Below are positions 62,794 through 64,000 of a stretch of DNA of 64,000 nucleotides, one piece after another; position 1 is the stretch's first letter, and each line of letters starts with the position of its first letter. Position numbers and translations under genes: made by a program. The DNA comes from Candidatus Nomurabacteria bacterium. GTDB taxonomy: Bacteria; Patescibacteriota; Dojkabacteria; SC72; JAHDCA01. The stretch lies in NCBI GenBank assembly GCA_020632375.1, contig JACKFR010000001.1:149106-213105 (forward strand), in the 5' to 3' direction. The notes beneath the pieces were generated by a model. The model had not been told where the DNA came from, did not search any database, and saw nothing but the letters and a program-made list of their open reading frames with translations.

Positions 62794-63567
62794 ATGAAAA
62801 AGAACTCCAAGGGAAAAACAATAATTGAAGTAAAAAATCTCGTAAAAAAATACGGCGACTTTACAGCTGTCGACGGAATTTCTTTTGAAGTTCATGATGG
62901 AGAAATCTTTGGACTTTTGGGGCCAAATGGAGCTGGCAAAACAACTACTCTAGAAATCATTGAAACGTTAAGAGATGAGACTGAAGGCGAAGTGATTGTT
63001 AACGGATTTTCTATCAATAAGCAACCAGCAGAAATTAAGAAGATCATTGGGGTACAGCTTCAGCAAGCCGGTTTTTACCCAAATCTTAATCTCGTTCAGT
63101 TAATAGATCTCTTTGCTGGATTATATGGTGTAGATGTTGATCCCGATAAACTGCTAGCTAAAGTGAGCCTTGTAGATAAGAAGAAAAGCCAGGTGAAAGA
63201 TCTTTCAGGCGGTCAAAAGCAAAGGTTTTCTATTGCTACAACATTGATTAATAATCCTAAAATAATCTTTTTAGATGAGCCAACGACTGGACTTGATCCT
63301 CAGGCAAGACGTAATCTCTGGGAGTTGGTTAAACAGATTCGAGATAGCGGAGCAACAATTGTCATGACCACTCATTATATGGAAGAAGCTGAATATTTAT
63401 GTGATCGAGTGGGGATTATGGATCAGGGTAAGATTATAGATATCGGCACTCCAAGCTCACTGATTGACGGCTTGATTTCTAGGGGCTTTGAAAAGAAAAA
63501 AGAAGTAAGAGAAGCTACTCTAGAAGATGTATTTATTGATTTAACAGGAAAAGAACTTAGAGACTAA
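62794..63567 (+). CDS. ABC transporter ATP-binding protein (ABC-2/DrrA-like)
   Basis: 257 aa with Walker A GPNGAGKTT, signature LSGGQKQR and Walker B IIFLDEPTTGLD. Confidence 0.93.
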   Translation: MKKNSKGKTIIEVKNLVKKYGDFTAVDGISFEVHDGEIFGLLGPNGAGKTTTLEIIETLRDETEGEVIVNGFSINKQPAEIKKIIGVQLQQAGFYPNLNLVQLIDLFAGLYGVDVDPDKLLAKVSLVDKKKSQVKDLSGGQKQRFSIATTLINNPKIIFLDEPTTGLDPQARRNLWELVKQIRDSGATIVMTTHYMEEAEYLCDRVGIMDQGKIIDIGTPSSLIDGLISRGFEKKKEVREATLEDVFIDLTGKELRD

Positions 63568-63571
63568 AAAT

Positions 63572-64000
63572 ATGAAAAATATCAAAGCAATTCTTGCAAT
63601 TACAAAAGCAGATTTACAGGGCACATTTAAAAACTTATCAAGTGTATTCTTTGGAATTCTATTTCCGCTTATTTTTATTCTTGTTTTTGGGCTCCTTGGA
63701 AATGATGGGGTAAAGCTAGAAGTCGGTGTAATGTCTGGTTCTGATACAAACAACCCAATCTATAAAGCTTTAGACAGTATTGAAAATATTGAGCTTAAAA
63801 CAGACAGCACTGACAAAGATTTACACGAAGAGCTTTCCAAGGGGAACATAGATGCTGTTATCAATATAAGCACCAGTAAAGAGCTGCCTAACTATACTGT
63901 GGACCTCCAGACATCAGCAGCAAATCCTGATGGTGGCTCAATTGTTAAATCAATAATCGAAAGTATCACTCAGCAGATTAACACTTCGGCTCTTGAAGCA
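63572..64000 (+). CDS. ABC-2 type transporter permease, N-terminal fragment (runs off the window)
   Basis: ATG at 63572 lies 4 nt after the ATPase stop. The frame reads MKNIKAILAITKADLQGTFKNLSSVFFGILFPLIFILVFGLLG... and stays open to the window end. It is absent from the ORF track because no stop is reached. Confidence 0.75.
   Translation, partial: MKNIKAILAITKADLQGTFKNLSSVFFGILFPLIFILVFGLLGNDGVKLEVGVMSGSDTNNPIYKALDSIENIELKTDSTDKDLHEELSKGNIDAVINISTSKELPNYTVDLQTSAANPDGGSIVKSIIESITQQINTSALEA

Noticed and set aside
1-64000. Looked for CRISPR arrays, long tandem repeats, IS elements, transposases, integrases, reverse transcriptases (DGR/retron), rRNA, tmRNA and clustered DnaA boxes near parAB.
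   Set aside because: I found no regularly spaced direct repeats, no transposase, integrase or RT motifs in any ORF, no additional GTTCGAATC-type T-arm beyond the seven tRNAs, and no cluster of TTATCCACA-like boxes. Absence by eye is not proof, so a computational scan is advised.

Overview
AT-rich, gene-dense bacterial chromosome segment read with the standard code (TGA is used as a stop, e.g. 22385-22387). I see no rRNA, CRISPR array, transposase or integrase. Gene content points to a reduced-genome Patescibacteria/CPR-like organism, but that is inference only. The supporting traits are few biosynthetic genes, many membrane-anchored hypothetical proteins, ribosomal proteins with unusual tails, and almost no Shine-Dalgarno sequences. 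Housekeeping genes recognised from motifs: rplU (partial), rpmA, TrmH-family methylase, parA/parB, two tandem lepB, rnhB, yraN, lgt, helD-like helicase, mnmA, gpmI, rplS, DEAD-box helicase, FKBP isomerase, dnaE, uvrC, uvrB, mutL, rsmI-like methylase and an ABC transporter. There are seven tRNAs: Glu-UUC, Leu-UAG, Thr-CGU, Gly-CCC, Lys-UUU, Gly-UCC and Gln-UUG. Accessory content tends to sit next to the tRNA genes. Most interesting regions: (1) a G+C-shifted orphan two-gene cassette wrapped around tRNA-Thr (11056..13573), whose 566-aa protein ends in a PD-(D/E)xK-like motif and which lies beside a catalytically degenerate Fic gene. (2) A six-gene envelope operon (42244..47528) built largely of apparently inactivated enzyme folds plus a membrane-anchored protein with an Rx4H (HEPN-like) motif. 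(3) A small restriction-endonuclease-like gene overlapping a start-less NYN gene after tRNA-Lys, with an intact NYN paralog after tRNA-Gly. (4) A deoxyribosyltransferase-like::RHH fusion. (5) A leader containing the only strong SD in the window, a 4-codon uORF and a start-masking hairpin upstream of a small methyltransferase. All functional calls come from motif recognition by eye; no database search was run.
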